In this document: piece after piece, positions 28,812 through 38,239 of the stretch
Numbering within the stretch: the stretch's first letter is position 1
Layout: each line of letters begins with the position of its first letter
Source of the DNA: an uncultured Dehalococcoidaceae bacterium
Lineage (GTDB): Bacteria > Chloroflexota > Dehalococcoidia > Dehalococcoidales > RBG-16-60-22
Length of the DNA stretch: 56,248 nucleotides
Assembly: GCA_964342875.1 (NCBI GenBank)
Contig: CAYFHI010000002.1
Span: forward strand, 1 to 56,248
Direction of reading: 5' to 3'
Translations under genes and position numbers: made by a program
The notes under the pieces: generated by a model
Databases searched by the model: none
The model's input: the letters and a program-made list of their open reading frames with translations, nothing else
What the model was told of the DNA's origin: nothing

Positions 28812-30083
28812 TTGAAATCTACAGATGGACTGGAAGCCAAAGGCAAAGCAGTCATAGCAGCCTCCCATCGCTTGGCGTATATATCTACCAATATAAAAAA
28901 CACAGCGCTAAATAACATAGCTGATGACCTCCTAAAAAATATCGATAAAATACTTACAGCTAATCAGATTGATTATAAGAAAGCAGAAATCTTCGGTATG
29001 AGTGCGTCAATGCTCGACCGCTTGAAGCTGAATAAAAACCGCCTTGAGTCCATATCAAAGGACGTGAGGGTAGTAGCCGCTCTGCCTGACCCAGTAGGAG
29101 ATATATTTGATATGCGAACTATGCCTAACGGGCTCCAAGTGGGCAAAAAAAGGGTGCCACTTGGAGTAATCGGAGCTATCTATGAGAGCCGTCCTAATGT
29201 TACTATTGACATCTCTGTTCTCTGCTTGAAATCAGGTAACGCCATTATCCTCAGGGGAGGAAAAGAGGCGCTCAACTCCAATATCGCCCTGGTGAAAGTG
29301 GTTCAAGAAGCCGTCAAACGAGCCGGCATACCCGATGGCACCATACAATTTATTAAGGATACCGACCGATCCATTGTAAATCAAATACTTAAGATGAACG
29401 ATGTCGTCGACCTTGTAATCCCACGCGGCGGAGCCGGCCTGATAAAATCAGTCAAAGAGAATGCTACCATGCCAGTCGTCACCGGAGGCATTGGCGTTTG
29501 CCATACCTATGTAGACAAGTACGCCGATATTGATAAAGCGATCGCCATCGCTTTTAACGCCAAGGTACAGCGCCCCACGGTATGTAACGCCCTTGATACA
29601 CTGCTGGTGCACGCTGAAATCGCCGAGAAGTACTTACCGTTAATTGCAACGGAGTGGGCAAAAGCGGGAGTCGAAATGCACTGTGACAAAAGGACTTTAT
29701 CAATTCTTAATTTATCTCCTGCTTTGAAGCTGGTTCCAGCTGGTGATGATAACTGGGGCAAAGAATATCTATCGCTCACCGCCGCGATAAAGGTGGTGAA
29801 CTCTCTGGACGAGGCACTACAGCACATCGGATGCTACGGCTCGGGACATTCCGAAGCAATCGTCACCGAAGACTATGAATCAGCAATGCGTTTTCTCAAT
29901 GAAGTAGATGCCGCTTGCGTCTATGCCAATGCCAGTACCCGATTTACCGATGGGGGGCAGTTCGGGCTGGGGGCAGAAGTTGGCATCAGCACTCAAAAAA
30001 TACACGCCCGCGGTCCGTTGGGACTGAAGGAATTAACCACGTATAAATGGATTATCTTCGGTAGCGGTCACGTAAGACCCTAA
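28812..30083 (+). CDS. proA: glutamate-5-semialdehyde dehydrogenase
   Basis: 423 aa. VIGAIYESRPNVT, catalytic-Cys region VCNALDTLLVH and GHSEAIVTED. TTG start behind AAGGAG. Confidence 0.95.
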   Translation: MKSTDGLEAKGKAVIAASHRLAYISTNIKNTALNNIADDLLKNIDKILTANQIDYKKAEIFGMSASMLDRLKLNKNRLESISKDVRVVAALPDPVGDIFDMRTMPNGLQVGKKRVPLGVIGAIYESRPNVTIDISVLCLKSGNAIILRGGKEALNSNIALVKVVQEAVKRAGIPDGTIQFIKDTDRSIVNQILKMNDVVDLVIPRGGAGLIKSVKENATMPVVTGGIGVCHTYVDKYADIDKAIAIAFNAKVQRPTVCNALDTLLVHAEIAEKYLPLIATEWAKAGVEMHCDKRTLSILNLSPALKLVPAGDDNWGKEYLSLTAAIKVVNSLDEALQHIGCYGSGHSEAIVTEDYESAMRFLNEVDAACVYANASTRFTDGGQFGLGAEVGISTQKIHARGPLGLKELTTYKWIIFGSGHVRP

Positions 30084-30086
30084 ACA

Positions 30087-30815
30087 TTATAACGAGTCCA
30101 AGGTAGCCTGCTGTATCTTAAACAGTTGCTTGATACCATTTTCCGCCATTAAGAGTAAATCATCAACTATCTGCTTGGAAAAAGGTTTTCCTTCCGCCGT
30201 CCCCTGGATTTCAACGAATTCGCCTCGATTGGTCATAACTACGTTAAAGTCAACGGCGGCATGGCAGTCTTCATCATAGCACATGTCTAACATCATATAA
30301 TTATGTAAAATACCTACGCTAGTAGCTGCCACGGCGCTCTTGAGGGGTATCAACGATATAATTCCCATATTTACTAGGGTATTAAGCGCCTGATGCATGG
30401 CAATATATGAACCGGTAACTGCGGCTGTCCGTGTACCGCCATCAGCCTGTAATACGTCACAATCAATAACCAGCGTCCTTTCTCCCAGCGCTGAGAGATC
30501 GGTTATTGCCCGCAGTGAACGCCCAATAAAACGCTGAATCTCATGATTTCTCCCTCCAATCATACCCTGCGTAGAGTCGCGGGGACTGCGAGTAACGGTA
30601 GCTCGCGGCAGCATGGCATATTCCGCGGTAATCCAGCCAGTGCCACTGCCACGAAGAAAACCAGGGACTCGTTCCTCTACACTGGCGGAACACGATATCC
30701 TAGTTTTACCAACTTCTATCAAAACCGAACCTTCGGCAAACTGTTGAAATCCGGGGGTTATTTTTACGGTTCTCAGTTTGTCATGCGCCCGATCATCACT
30801 CCTTTTCAAATACAC
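30087..30815 (-). CDS. rph: ribonuclease PH
   Basis: 242 aa. EGSVLIEVGKTRISCSASV, IGRSLR and CDVLQADGGTRTAAVTG. Confidence 0.95.
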   Translation of the reverse strand: MYLKRSDDRAHDKLRTVKITPGFQQFAEGSVLIEVGKTRISCSASVEERVPGFLRGSGTGWITAEYAMLPRATVTRSPRDSTQGMIGGRNHEIQRFIGRSLRAITDLSALGERTLVIDCDVLQADGGTRTAAVTGSYIAMHQALNTLVNMGIISLIPLKSAVAATSVGILHNYMMLDMCYDEDCHAAVDFNVVMTNRGEFVEIQGTAEGKPFSKQIVDDLLLMAENGIKQLFKIQQATLDSL

Positions 30816-30921
30816 TCTCCTCTCCGACTACACGTTTGAGTATAACATTGAGAAGCGGGAATAACAATCATGTCTGATCATACTTCCATCACGAAATGTC
30901 TATTTAACCTTGTATCTCAAA

Positions 30922-31425
30922 TCAGACCAAAGCTATTAAATATTCTTTTAACCAGCTTAACGCAGTTTTAGCGGCGCTTTCTTTATTTAGTTCCCGGCTT
31001 CCACTAAATAAGAGTTTCCTGCTATAAAGCTCATCGAGATAGCATATTCCTAGGTAAAATAGTCCCACTGGTTTTTCCGGTGTCCCCCCACCCGGTCCGG
31101 CAATTCCGGTATCAGATAAGCAAATGTCCACTGCCAGGATCTTCTTCCCCCCGAATGCCATCTCCTCAGCCACCTGTTTACTCACGGCACCATACCGATA
31201 TATAGTAGTCTCTTTCACTCTTATGATTTTAATCTTAATTTCATTGCTGTAAGCAGTTATCGAACCCTTATAGTAGTCCGAACTACTGGACACTCCGGTT
31301 ATTAAATGAGAAAGCAGCCCTCCTGTAGCCGACTCGACAACTCCCAGAGAAAGTCCTTTCTTTTTCAATAAATCGCCGATTTCCTGTTCTAGTAAAACTG
31401 TACCTTTATTACGGTTTTCTATCAT
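30922..31425 (-). CDS. CinA C-terminal-domain protein (nicotinamide-nucleotide amidohydrolase PncC-like)
   Basis: 167 aa. ESATGGLLSHLIT, GSITAYSNEIK and TGIAGPGGGTPEKPVG. Confidence 0.85.
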   Translation of the reverse strand: MIENRNKGTVLLEQEIGDLLKKKGLSLGVVESATGGLLSHLITGVSSSSDYYKGSITAYSNEIKIKIIRVKETTIYRYGAVSKQVAEEMAFGGKKILAVDICLSDTGIAGPGGGTPEKPVGLFYLGICYLDELYSRKLLFSGSRELNKESAAKTALSWLKEYLIALV

Positions 31426-31557
31426 ATTTGTTGTGTTTTAATATAGATTATTTATTAGCTTCGTGTTATTATTATCAGAAATATAACATTTGAATAGTCC
31501 TGCATAATCTCTCTGATTATATAACATCTGAAAAAACTAAATACAAGGAGGTTTATT

Positions 31558-31743
31558 ATGGGATCAATTGCTGCAATACTGGCAACTATCGGTGTACTCG
31601 TTACCATTCTGGGAATCATTACAGCGACGGAGATAATAGTACCGATTGGGGCTGAATTCACCTGGACATTCTGGTTTATGCTAGCGACAAGCTTATTGCT
31701 GTGTTCTATCGCCATTAACCTAGGGAGCCGCAGTAGCGATTAG
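31558..31743 (+). CDS. small two-TM membrane protein, unknown function
   Basis: 61 aa, strongly hydrophobic. AAGGAGG RBS 7 nt before the ATG. The overlapping reverse ORF 31455..31715 has no such signal. Confidence 0.6.
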   Translation: MGSIAAILATIGVLVTILGIITATEIIVPIGAEFTWTFWFMLATSLLLCSIAINLGSRSSD

Positions 31744-32237
31744 CTAATCGTTTCAAAACAAAAATAAGATTTTAACGATAAGGCCATCACCAGACCGAGA
31801 TGATTCTTGTTTATGGTAACTGCGAGTTTACCCCGACACTTTCAACAATAGCATTATCAGCTTTACCAACGGAGTTTCACATATAAGAATTACCACCCCA
31901 CCGGTAAAAGGCAAAACCAATGAGGAACGAGGTATGTTCCGGATTATGCATCCTGCCTTTTGCATGTTTAATTTCACTTCTTACCCGCGTTAAACTGTTA
32001 TAACTCCTCAAATATCTTTCACCTTGACGAATTTTTAAGGACTGGTGGAAAGTATTAACATGACTAAATATATAATATAAATTGAGTTGAAATTAATATT
32101 ACTCGCTTCATCTATACGGCAGTATTTACTGCATAATTACCGCATTCCACTTATATATGAATTTGACAACATAAATAATATAAAGGTACTATTTAAGCAT
32201 AATGGAGGTTCACTAGGAACATATTCCCCTAGAAAGC

Positions 32238-32267
32238 TTGACAACCGCTATCAAGATGTTTTAGAGT
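32238..32267 (+). promoter_or_regulatory. weak candidate promoter for the ferredoxin-hisH-GOGAT operon
   Basis: TTGACA (32238-32243), 18 nt spacer, TAGAGT (32262-32267). Flanked by the GGAACATATTCC palindrome (32216-32227) and TATACGG / CCGTAT / CCGTATA repeats (32270-32293). Confidence 0.3.
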
Positions 32268-32335
32268 GGTATACGGCAACCGTATTCCGTATAAAATGAA
32301 AGTTATTCTTTTTTAATATATAGAGGAAATCACAT

Positions 32336-32785
32336 ATGAATATGATTTATGTTAAAGATGAATTCTGTATGGGCTGCGGATTGTGTCGCGTGTACTGCCA
32401 GGTATCTCATTCTGAATCTAACGATATACTAAAAACCTTTAAAAAGGATTCTGTGCGCCCGGTAGCGCGATTAAGGGTAGAGAGGAAATCTGCCGTTTCT
32501 TTCGCAGTACCCTGCCGTCAGTGCCAAGAACCCTATTGCGTATATTCGTGTCTTACCGGAGCCATACATCGAGAATCCGATACTAGGATAATAAACGTTG
32601 ATACTGAGAAGTGCATCGGCTGCTGGACATGTATATTAGCCTGTCCCTTCGGCGCTATAATTCAGGAGAAGGATACCGATCGAATAGTCAAGTGCGATTT
32701 ATGTAGGGATAAAGATACGCCAGTATGTGTCGCTAATTGCCCAAATGAAGCATTATTGTACGTGAAAGTTGGGAATGAGAATTAA
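32336..32785 (+). CDS. 4Fe-4S polyferredoxin (CooF/HycB-like)
   Basis: 149 aa with four Cys groups: CMGCGLCRVYC, CRQCQEPYCVYSC, CIGCWTCILACP and CDLCRDKDTPVCVANCP. Confidence 0.85.
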   Translation: MNMIYVKDEFCMGCGLCRVYCQVSHSESNDILKTFKKDSVRPVARLRVERKSAVSFAVPCRQCQEPYCVYSCLTGAIHRESDTRIINVDTEKCIGCWTCILACPFGAIIQEKDTDRIVKCDLCRDKDTPVCVANCPNEALLYVKVGNEN

Positions 32786-32818
32786 GTTTTTAATGGAAAG
32801 AATACTAAAGAGGTGCAA

Positions 32819-33457
32819 ATGATTGCAATTGTCGATTATGGCGCCGGGAATCTGCGTAGTGTTGCTAATGCTATTGCTAAGGTAGGCTACCGGACTCAAA
32901 TAACCAGCCAAGCAAGCGATTTGTTTAGTGCTAAGGCAATTGTTCTACCCGGTGTGGGTGCTGCCGCTGATGTTATGAACAACCTTAATAAACGAGGATT
33001 GGTAAACCCAATTCGTCAGCTTATTAACGAAGGTCGTCCTTTTTTGGGTGTATGCATCGGGCTACAGGTATTATTTACTGACACGGAAGAAGGCGGTCGA
33101 CATAACTGCCTAGATATTATTTCTGGGCGGGTAAGGAAGCTTCCTATCGGCCTTAAGATACCTCATATGGGTTGGAACCAGGTGAATCAGAAAGTTAATC
33201 ACCCAGTATTTAATGGTATCCCTAATGAAGCAAACTTTTATTTTGTGCACAGTTATTATGTCGAACCGGAAGATAAATCTATTGTCGTCGGTGAGACGGA
33301 TTATGATCTGTCCTTTTGCAGCGTGATTGCCAGAGAAAACCTTATAGCTACTCAATTTCATCCCGAAAAGAGCGGTGATTACGGTTTGAGAATATATACG
33401 AATTTTTTAAAGCTAGCTATTGGAACTAAAAGGGGAAATAGAATGGGGATAATATGA
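32819..33457 (+). CDS. hisH: imidazole glycerol phosphate synthase, glutamine amidotransferase subunit
   Basis: MIAIVDYGAGNLRSV, catalytic GVCIGLQ and QFHPEKS. The ATG at 32819 follows AGAGGTG; the track starts at GTG 32813. The stop overlaps the next gene's ATG (ATGA, 33454-33457). Confidence 0.9.
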   Translation: MIAIVDYGAGNLRSVANAIAKVGYRTQITSQASDLFSAKAIVLPGVGAAADVMNNLNKRGLVNPIRQLINEGRPFLGVCIGLQVLFTDTEEGGRHNCLDIISGRVRKLPIGLKIPHMGWNQVNQKVNHPVFNGIPNEANFYFVHSYYVEPEDKSIVVGETDYDLSFCSVIARENLIATQFHPEKSGDYGLRIYTNFLKLAIGTKRGNRMGII

Positions 33458-34764
33458 CAACCAGCATTGTAAAATACCTGCTTATTGGTAATTCGGCGGG
33501 AGGAATCGGCGCTGCCGAGGCAATACGCGAAGTTGATAATGATGGCACCGTTGCTATTGTTTCGGATGAACCCTTTCTCGCCTACTCACGACCTCTTATC
33601 GCACATCACCTTACCGGTGATTATCCCGTTGAAAAAATGCTATATCGACCACCTGGTTTCTATGAGGCCAATAACATCCTTACCTTTTTTGACAGGGTAG
33701 TAAACCGAATTGACATCAACAAGCACACCGTCGAGTTAAAGACCGGAGAGGAAATAACATGGGAAAAGCTCCTTCTGGCTACCGGCGGATCGCCGATTGT
33801 ACCCAAAATTAAGGGTATAAAAAAAAGAGGAGTCTTTACTTTTACCACCATCAGTGACGCCGAATCAATTGACCATTTCCTTAACCGAAGTAGCTCTTCA
33901 AGGGCTGTAGTGATCGGCGGAGGTCTTATTGGTATCAGTGTCACCGAGGCACTGGTAAAACGGGGCATTGAGGTTACCATCGTTGAAATGAAAGACAGAA
34001 TTCTTAATACCATACTAGACACTGAAGCATCATCAATGGAAGAAAAAGCACTTACGAAGGCTGGTATAAAAATAACTACTGGTCATACCGTAACCAAGAT
34101 TAACTCCGGACAGGATAATATCAATAGCGTGATTCTGGATGATGGGAACATAATTCCCTGCCACCTAGTAATTATCGCCATCGGTGTCCAGCCGCGTGTC
34201 AAGCTTGTACGAGATACCGGAATAAACGTAAGGAGGGGTATCGTTGTTGATAACTACATGGCCACATCCGTACCGGATACCTATGCATGCGGAGATGCTG
34301 CTGAAGCCTATGATCTTGTTTACGAAGAGCCCCGGCTCTCCCCTATCTGGCCCAATGCCTATATCGGAGGAAGAACTGCCGGATTCAATATGGCTGGAGT
34401 GCCGACGAAGTATAACGGCGGCACATCAATGAATTCCCTGAAATACTTCGGGATTGACATCGTTTCCGCCGGTATGGTGGAGCCACCTGATGATAATTAT
34501 GAGATTCTCCTCAATAAGAGTAATAAGACCTACCGCAAGATTATTCTCAAAGACGGATTTGTGGTAGGAATGGTATTTACCGGTGATATCGAAAAATCGG
34601 GTATCATTTTCAATTTCATACGAGAAAAAGTTAATGTGGATGTTTTCAAGGACTTGCTTACTACCGATGATTTCGGACTGTCTTCTCTCCCTGAAGAAAT
34701 GTGGCGACCGCATTTAAGGGCACCTTCTTTACCTGCGATTTCACCGATACCTTATCTTGAGTAA
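33454..34764 (+). CDS. NAD(P)/FAD-dependent pyridine nucleotide-disulfide-family oxidoreductase (FNOR/rubredoxin-reductase-like)
   Basis: 436 aa. YLLIGNSAGGIGAAEA (FAD), VVIGGGLIGISVTEAL (NAD(P)) and ACGDAAE motifs. No redox-active CxxxxC pair seen. Confidence 0.85.
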   Translation: MTTSIVKYLLIGNSAGGIGAAEAIREVDNDGTVAIVSDEPFLAYSRPLIAHHLTGDYPVEKMLYRPPGFYEANNILTFFDRVVNRIDINKHTVELKTGEEITWEKLLLATGGSPIVPKIKGIKKRGVFTFTTISDAESIDHFLNRSSSSRAVVIGGGLIGISVTEALVKRGIEVTIVEMKDRILNTILDTEASSMEEKALTKAGIKITTGHTVTKINSGQDNINSVILDDGNIIPCHLVIIAIGVQPRVKLVRDTGINVRRGIVVDNYMATSVPDTYACGDAAEAYDLVYEEPRLSPIWPNAYIGGRTAGFNMAGVPTKYNGGTSMNSLKYFGIDIVSAGMVEPPDDNYEILLNKSNKTYRKIILKDGFVVGMVFTGDIEKSGIIFNFIREKVNVDVFKDLLTTDDFGLSSLPEEMWRPHLRAPSLPAISPIPYLE

Positions 34765-34824
34765 CCAGAAAATATTGTCCTGGAAGAGTAAGTCGTGTAA
34801 GACGATATTACAGGAGTAATAACC

Positions 34825-35970
34825 ATGGAAAACCTGCTTGAGATGCAAAATCGCTATAGCGACGAAAAAGTAATTGATGCCTGTTCTATATTTGGCGCTA
34901 TGGATACCTCAGGAAAAAGGTTTTCAGGAAAGGGTGTTATCAAAGCGATTGCCAACATGCATGATCGCGGTAACGGCCTAGGAGGAGGGTTTGCCGTTTA
35001 TGGGCTGTACCCCGAATATGCTGACCAATATGCCTTTCATGTCATGTTCACGAATCGCCAGAGCGAGATGGAGACTGAGGAATTTCTCAAAGACAAGTTC
35101 GACGTTATCCATACTGAAACCGTCCCAACACGGTCGACCAACGGGATTGTTAATCCACCATTAGTACAACGATACTTCCTGGCAGTTGGTAACAATAAGC
35201 CAAAAGAACAGGCTGACGATGACTATGTTGTACAGATGGTAATGACCATCAATTCCGGGCTGGCAGATGCCTTCGTTTTTTCAAGTGGTAAGAATATGGC
35301 AGTGTTCAAAGGGGTAGGTTACCCTGAAGAAATTGCCGCTTATTTTTGCCTAGAACAATATGAGGGATACCTGTGGACTGCCCATGGCAGGTTTCCTACT
35401 AACAGCCCCGGCTGGTGGGGTGGCGCCCATCCATTTTGCATACTTGACTGGACGGTGGTTCACAATGGAGAGATTTCTTCTTACGGCATAAACAAGCGTT
35501 ATTTGGAGCAATATGGTTATCAGTGCACCATGCAAACTGATACAGAGGTAATTGCCTACGCTGTTGATCTGCTAGTTCGTAAGCACAGGCTTCCTATTGA
35601 GATAGTTGCCAGGATACTGGCGCCACCGCTATGGAGTGAGATTGAGCGGCTCCCTTCAAAAGCAAAGGAGCTTCTACAGACACTACGTCAAGTATACGGT
35701 AGCTTACTTTTAAATGGCCCGTTTACCATAATTATTGCCCACCAGGGGGAAATGATTGGACTTACGGACCGTATCCGTCTGCGTCCACTTACCGTCGGAA
35801 CAAAAGGTGATATCCTTTACCTTTCGTCTGAAGAATCGGCTATTCGCCTTATTTGCCCTGATCTTGATAAGGCATGGATTCCATCCGGTGGCAAACCCAT
35901 TATCGGGAGGTTGAAAACCTCACCTCAACACCAACAAAATATTATGCCTGCACTGGAGACAGGATGCTAA
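34825..35970 (+). CDS. class II (Ntn) glutamine amidotransferase, archaeal-type glutamate synthase domain 1
   Basis: 381 aa. CSIFGAMD nucleophile region at Cys20, [29 protein letters not shown] and [17 protein letters not shown]. Confidence 0.8.
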   Translation: MENLLEMQNRYSDEKVIDACSIFGAMDTSGKRFSGKGVIKAIANMHDRGNGLGGGFAVYGLYPEYADQYAFHVMFTNRQSEMETEEFLKDKFDVIHTETVPTRSTNGIVNPPLVQRYFLAVGNNKPKEQADDDYVVQMVMTINSGLADAFVFSSGKNMAVFKGVGYPEEIAAYFCLEQYEGYLWTAHGRFPTNSPGWWGGAHPFCILDWTVVHNGEISSYGINKRYLEQYGYQCTMQTDTEVIAYAVDLLVRKHRLPIEIVARILAPPLWSEIERLPSKAKELLQTLRQVYGSLLLNGPFTIIIAHQGEMIGLTDRIRLRPLTVGTKGDILYLSSEESAIRLICPDLDKAWIPSGGKPIIGRLKTSPQHQQNIMPALETGC

Positions 35971-36731
35971 CTAAGAGAATTATACCCTGTCTTGATGTAA
36001 AAGAAGGACGCGTTGTAAAAGGCACCAGTTTCGTTGGGCTTCGTGATGTTGGAGACCCTGTGGAACTTGCCAGTCTGTATTATGATGAAGGCGCTGATGA
36101 ACTGGTTTTCCTTGATATAACCGCTACACCTGACGAAAGGGACACAATGGTTGATATAGTTGAACAAATCTCCGAAAAAGTCTTTATGCCCCTCACTGTA
36201 GGTGGCGGACTACGCAAACCGATCGATATTCAAAGAATGTTACGCGCCGGGGCTGATAAGGTATCGTTAAACACCGCAGCCGTGATTACTCCTGACCTGA
36301 TAAACAAATCTGCCGACAAATTTGGCAGCCAATGCATCGTTGTCGCCATTGATGGTAAGCGGATTGAAAACAACCGGGAACCAAAATGGGAGGTTTATAC
36401 TTATAGCGGAACAAAGCCAACGGGCATTGATGCTGTAGACTGGGCAAAACGGACTGTCGCACTTGGTGCCGGGGAACTACTCCTTACAAGTATTGACGCA
36501 GATGGCCATCGTGCCGGATATGACATTGAACTTACTCGTGCCGTATCCGAAGCCGTCGTTGTGCCGGTCATTGCTAGTGGCGGTGCCGGTAAAATAGAAG
36601 ACCTTTACCAGGCATTATCCGCCGGTAAAGCCGATGCCGTGCTTGCTGCCAGCATCTTCCATTACGGTACTCATTCAATTCTTGAAGCAAAACAGTATCT
36701 GGCGAGAAAAAGTGTGCCCGTACGCCTTTGA
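35964..36731 (+). CDS. hisF: imidazole glycerol phosphate synthase, cyclase subunit
   Basis: [20 protein letters not shown]..., [15 protein letters not shown] and ASGGAG. The ATG at 35964 overlaps the preceding stop by 7 nt (ATGCTAA). The track ORF starts upstream at 35874. Confidence 0.95.
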   Translation: MLTKRIIPCLDVKEGRVVKGTSFVGLRDVGDPVELASLYYDEGADELVFLDITATPDERDTMVDIVEQISEKVFMPLTVGGGLRKPIDIQRMLRAGADKVSLNTAAVITPDLINKSADKFGSQCIVVAIDGKRIENNREPKWEVYTYSGTKPTGIDAVDWAKRTVALGAGELLLTSIDADGHRAGYDIELTRAVSEAVVVPVIASGGAGKIEDLYQALSAGKADAVLAASIFHYGTHSILEAKQYLARKSVPVRL

Positions 36732-36738
36732 GGAGCAG

Positions 36739-38238
36739 ATGAAGACTTTTTTACTACCTAAATTTATGATTGAAAGAAACCCAGAACTTTGCATCCAATG
36801 CGAAGTTTGTCTTAACCAGTGCAGCTATGATACTCACTATCGTGACAGTGATGAAGAAGTGAAGAGCCGCCTAGGCACCTGCGTGGGGTGTCATCGCTGT
36901 GTTTCATTCTGTCCGACCGGAGCATTATCCGTTACCAAAGTTACACAGGATTACCGAGACAATAATAACTGGAGTCCTGAGGTTATTGAAGATATTATTA
37001 AGCAGTCCGAAACTGGTGGCATGCTGCTTACCGGGATGGGTACGGATAAAGAACAACCTATTTACTGGGACAAGCTGCTTCTTAATGCTAGCCAGGTTAC
37101 CAACCCTTCCATCGACCCTCTGCGGGAACCAATGGAGTTAACTACTTATTTGGGGCGGAAACCAGACCGAGTGGAGTTGGACAAAGATTTAAATCTACAG
37201 ACTAAGACAATGCCCACAGTACGCCTGGAGGTACCAATTATGTTTGCCGCCATGTCTTACGGTGCAGTGAGCCTTAACGTTCAGGAGTCTCTGGCTATGG
37301 CAGCTACTAACATGGAGACTTTGTGGAACACCGGTGAAGGAGGACTGCATCCCACTTTATATAAGTATGGAAATAACACTATTGTCCAGGTAGCGTCAGG
37401 ACGATTTGGAGTTCACCAAGAATACTTTGACGTCGCCCGCATAGTGGAAATTAAGATAGGACAGGGAGCGAAACCGGGTATCGGCGGGCATCTCCCCGGT
37501 GAAAAGGTAAGTGCTGATGTCTCTAATACCAGGATGATTCCAGAGGGATCTGATGCCATTTCACCAGCCCCGCAGCATGATATTTACTCAATTGAAGACC
37601 TGTCGCAACTCATATACGCCCTCAAGGAAGCAACCAACTATACCAAGCCTATTTCAGTGAAAATTGCCGCCGTCCATAACTCGGCAGCTATCGCCAGTGG
37701 TATGGTACGCGCCGGCGCCGATATCATCGTGCTAGATGGACTGAGAGGAGCTACCGGTGCCGCCCCTAAAGTTATTCGTGACAATGTCGGTATTCCCATT
37801 GAAATGGCTTTAGCTGCTGCCGATAACCGCCTTCGGCAGGAAGGTATTCGTAATCAGGCTTCACTTGTAGTCTCGGGAGGTATCAGGAGCAGCAGCGATG
37901 TGGCTAAAGCAATTGCTCTCGGAGCGGACGCTGTCTATATCGGCACTGCCGCTTTAATTGCCTTGGGATGCCATCTCTGCCAGCAATGCCATACCGGAAA
38001 ATGCTCCTGGGGAATAACCACTACCGACACTTTCCTAACAAAGAGGATTAATCCCGAAATCGGTGCCCAGCGTTTATCCAATCTCCTTCGTGGCTGGAGC
38101 CTGGAACTCAAGGATATTCTGGGAGGTATGGGCATCAATGCACTGGAAAGTCTGCGCGGTAACCGGCTGCACCTGAGAGGGGTAGGTCTTACTGATACGG
38201 AGCTGGATACTCTGGGAGTACGGATGGCAGGAAGTTAA
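36739..38238 (+). CDS. glutamate synthase FMN-binding domain 2 protein with N-terminal 2x[4Fe-4S] ferredoxin domain (archaeal type)
   Basis: CIQCEVCLNQC and CVGCHRCVSFCP, then IKIGQGAKPGIGGHLPG, ISPAPQHDIYSIEDL and GGTGAAP-type region. The ATG at 36739 lies 7 nt after the hisF stop behind GAGGAG. Confidence 0.9.
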   Translation: MKTFLLPKFMIERNPELCIQCEVCLNQCSYDTHYRDSDEEVKSRLGTCVGCHRCVSFCPTGALSVTKVTQDYRDNNNWSPEVIEDIIKQSETGGMLLTGMGTDKEQPIYWDKLLLNASQVTNPSIDPLREPMELTTYLGRKPDRVELDKDLNLQTKTMPTVRLEVPIMFAAMSYGAVSLNVQESLAMAATNMETLWNTGEGGLHPTLYKYGNNTIVQVASGRFGVHQEYFDVARIVEIKIGQGAKPGIGGHLPGEKVSADVSNTRMIPEGSDAISPAPQHDIYSIEDLSQLIYALKEATNYTKPISVKIAAVHNSAAIASGMVRAGADIIVLDGLRGATGAAPKVIRDNVGIPIEMALAAADNRLRQEGIRNQASLVVSGGIRSSSDVAKAIALGADAVYIGTAALIALGCHLCQQCHTGKCSWGITTTDTFLTKRINPEIGAQRLSNLLRGWSLELKDILGGMGINALESLRGNRLHLRGVGLTDTELDTLGVRMAGS

Positions 38239-38239
38239 A

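Noticed and set aside
31455-31715. 86-aa reverse ORF overlapping the small membrane-protein gene
   Set aside because: The forward 61-aa ORF has a perfect AAGGAGG RBS and a clean two-TM profile. The reverse ORF has no start signals and is the mirror image of a hydrophobic gene.
32113-32278. Repeated 9-mer TATACGGCA at 32113 and 32270
   Set aside because: A rough estimate says a repeated 9-mer within a ~600-bp AT-rich spacer is about as likely as not by chance. It is kept only as context for the spacer finding.
32087-32299. 70-aa forward ORF in the spacer before the ferredoxin gene
   Set aside because: It has a TTG start without an RBS and an AT-rich, low-complexity translation. It overlaps the predicted promoter and operator elements, so it is unlikely to be coding.
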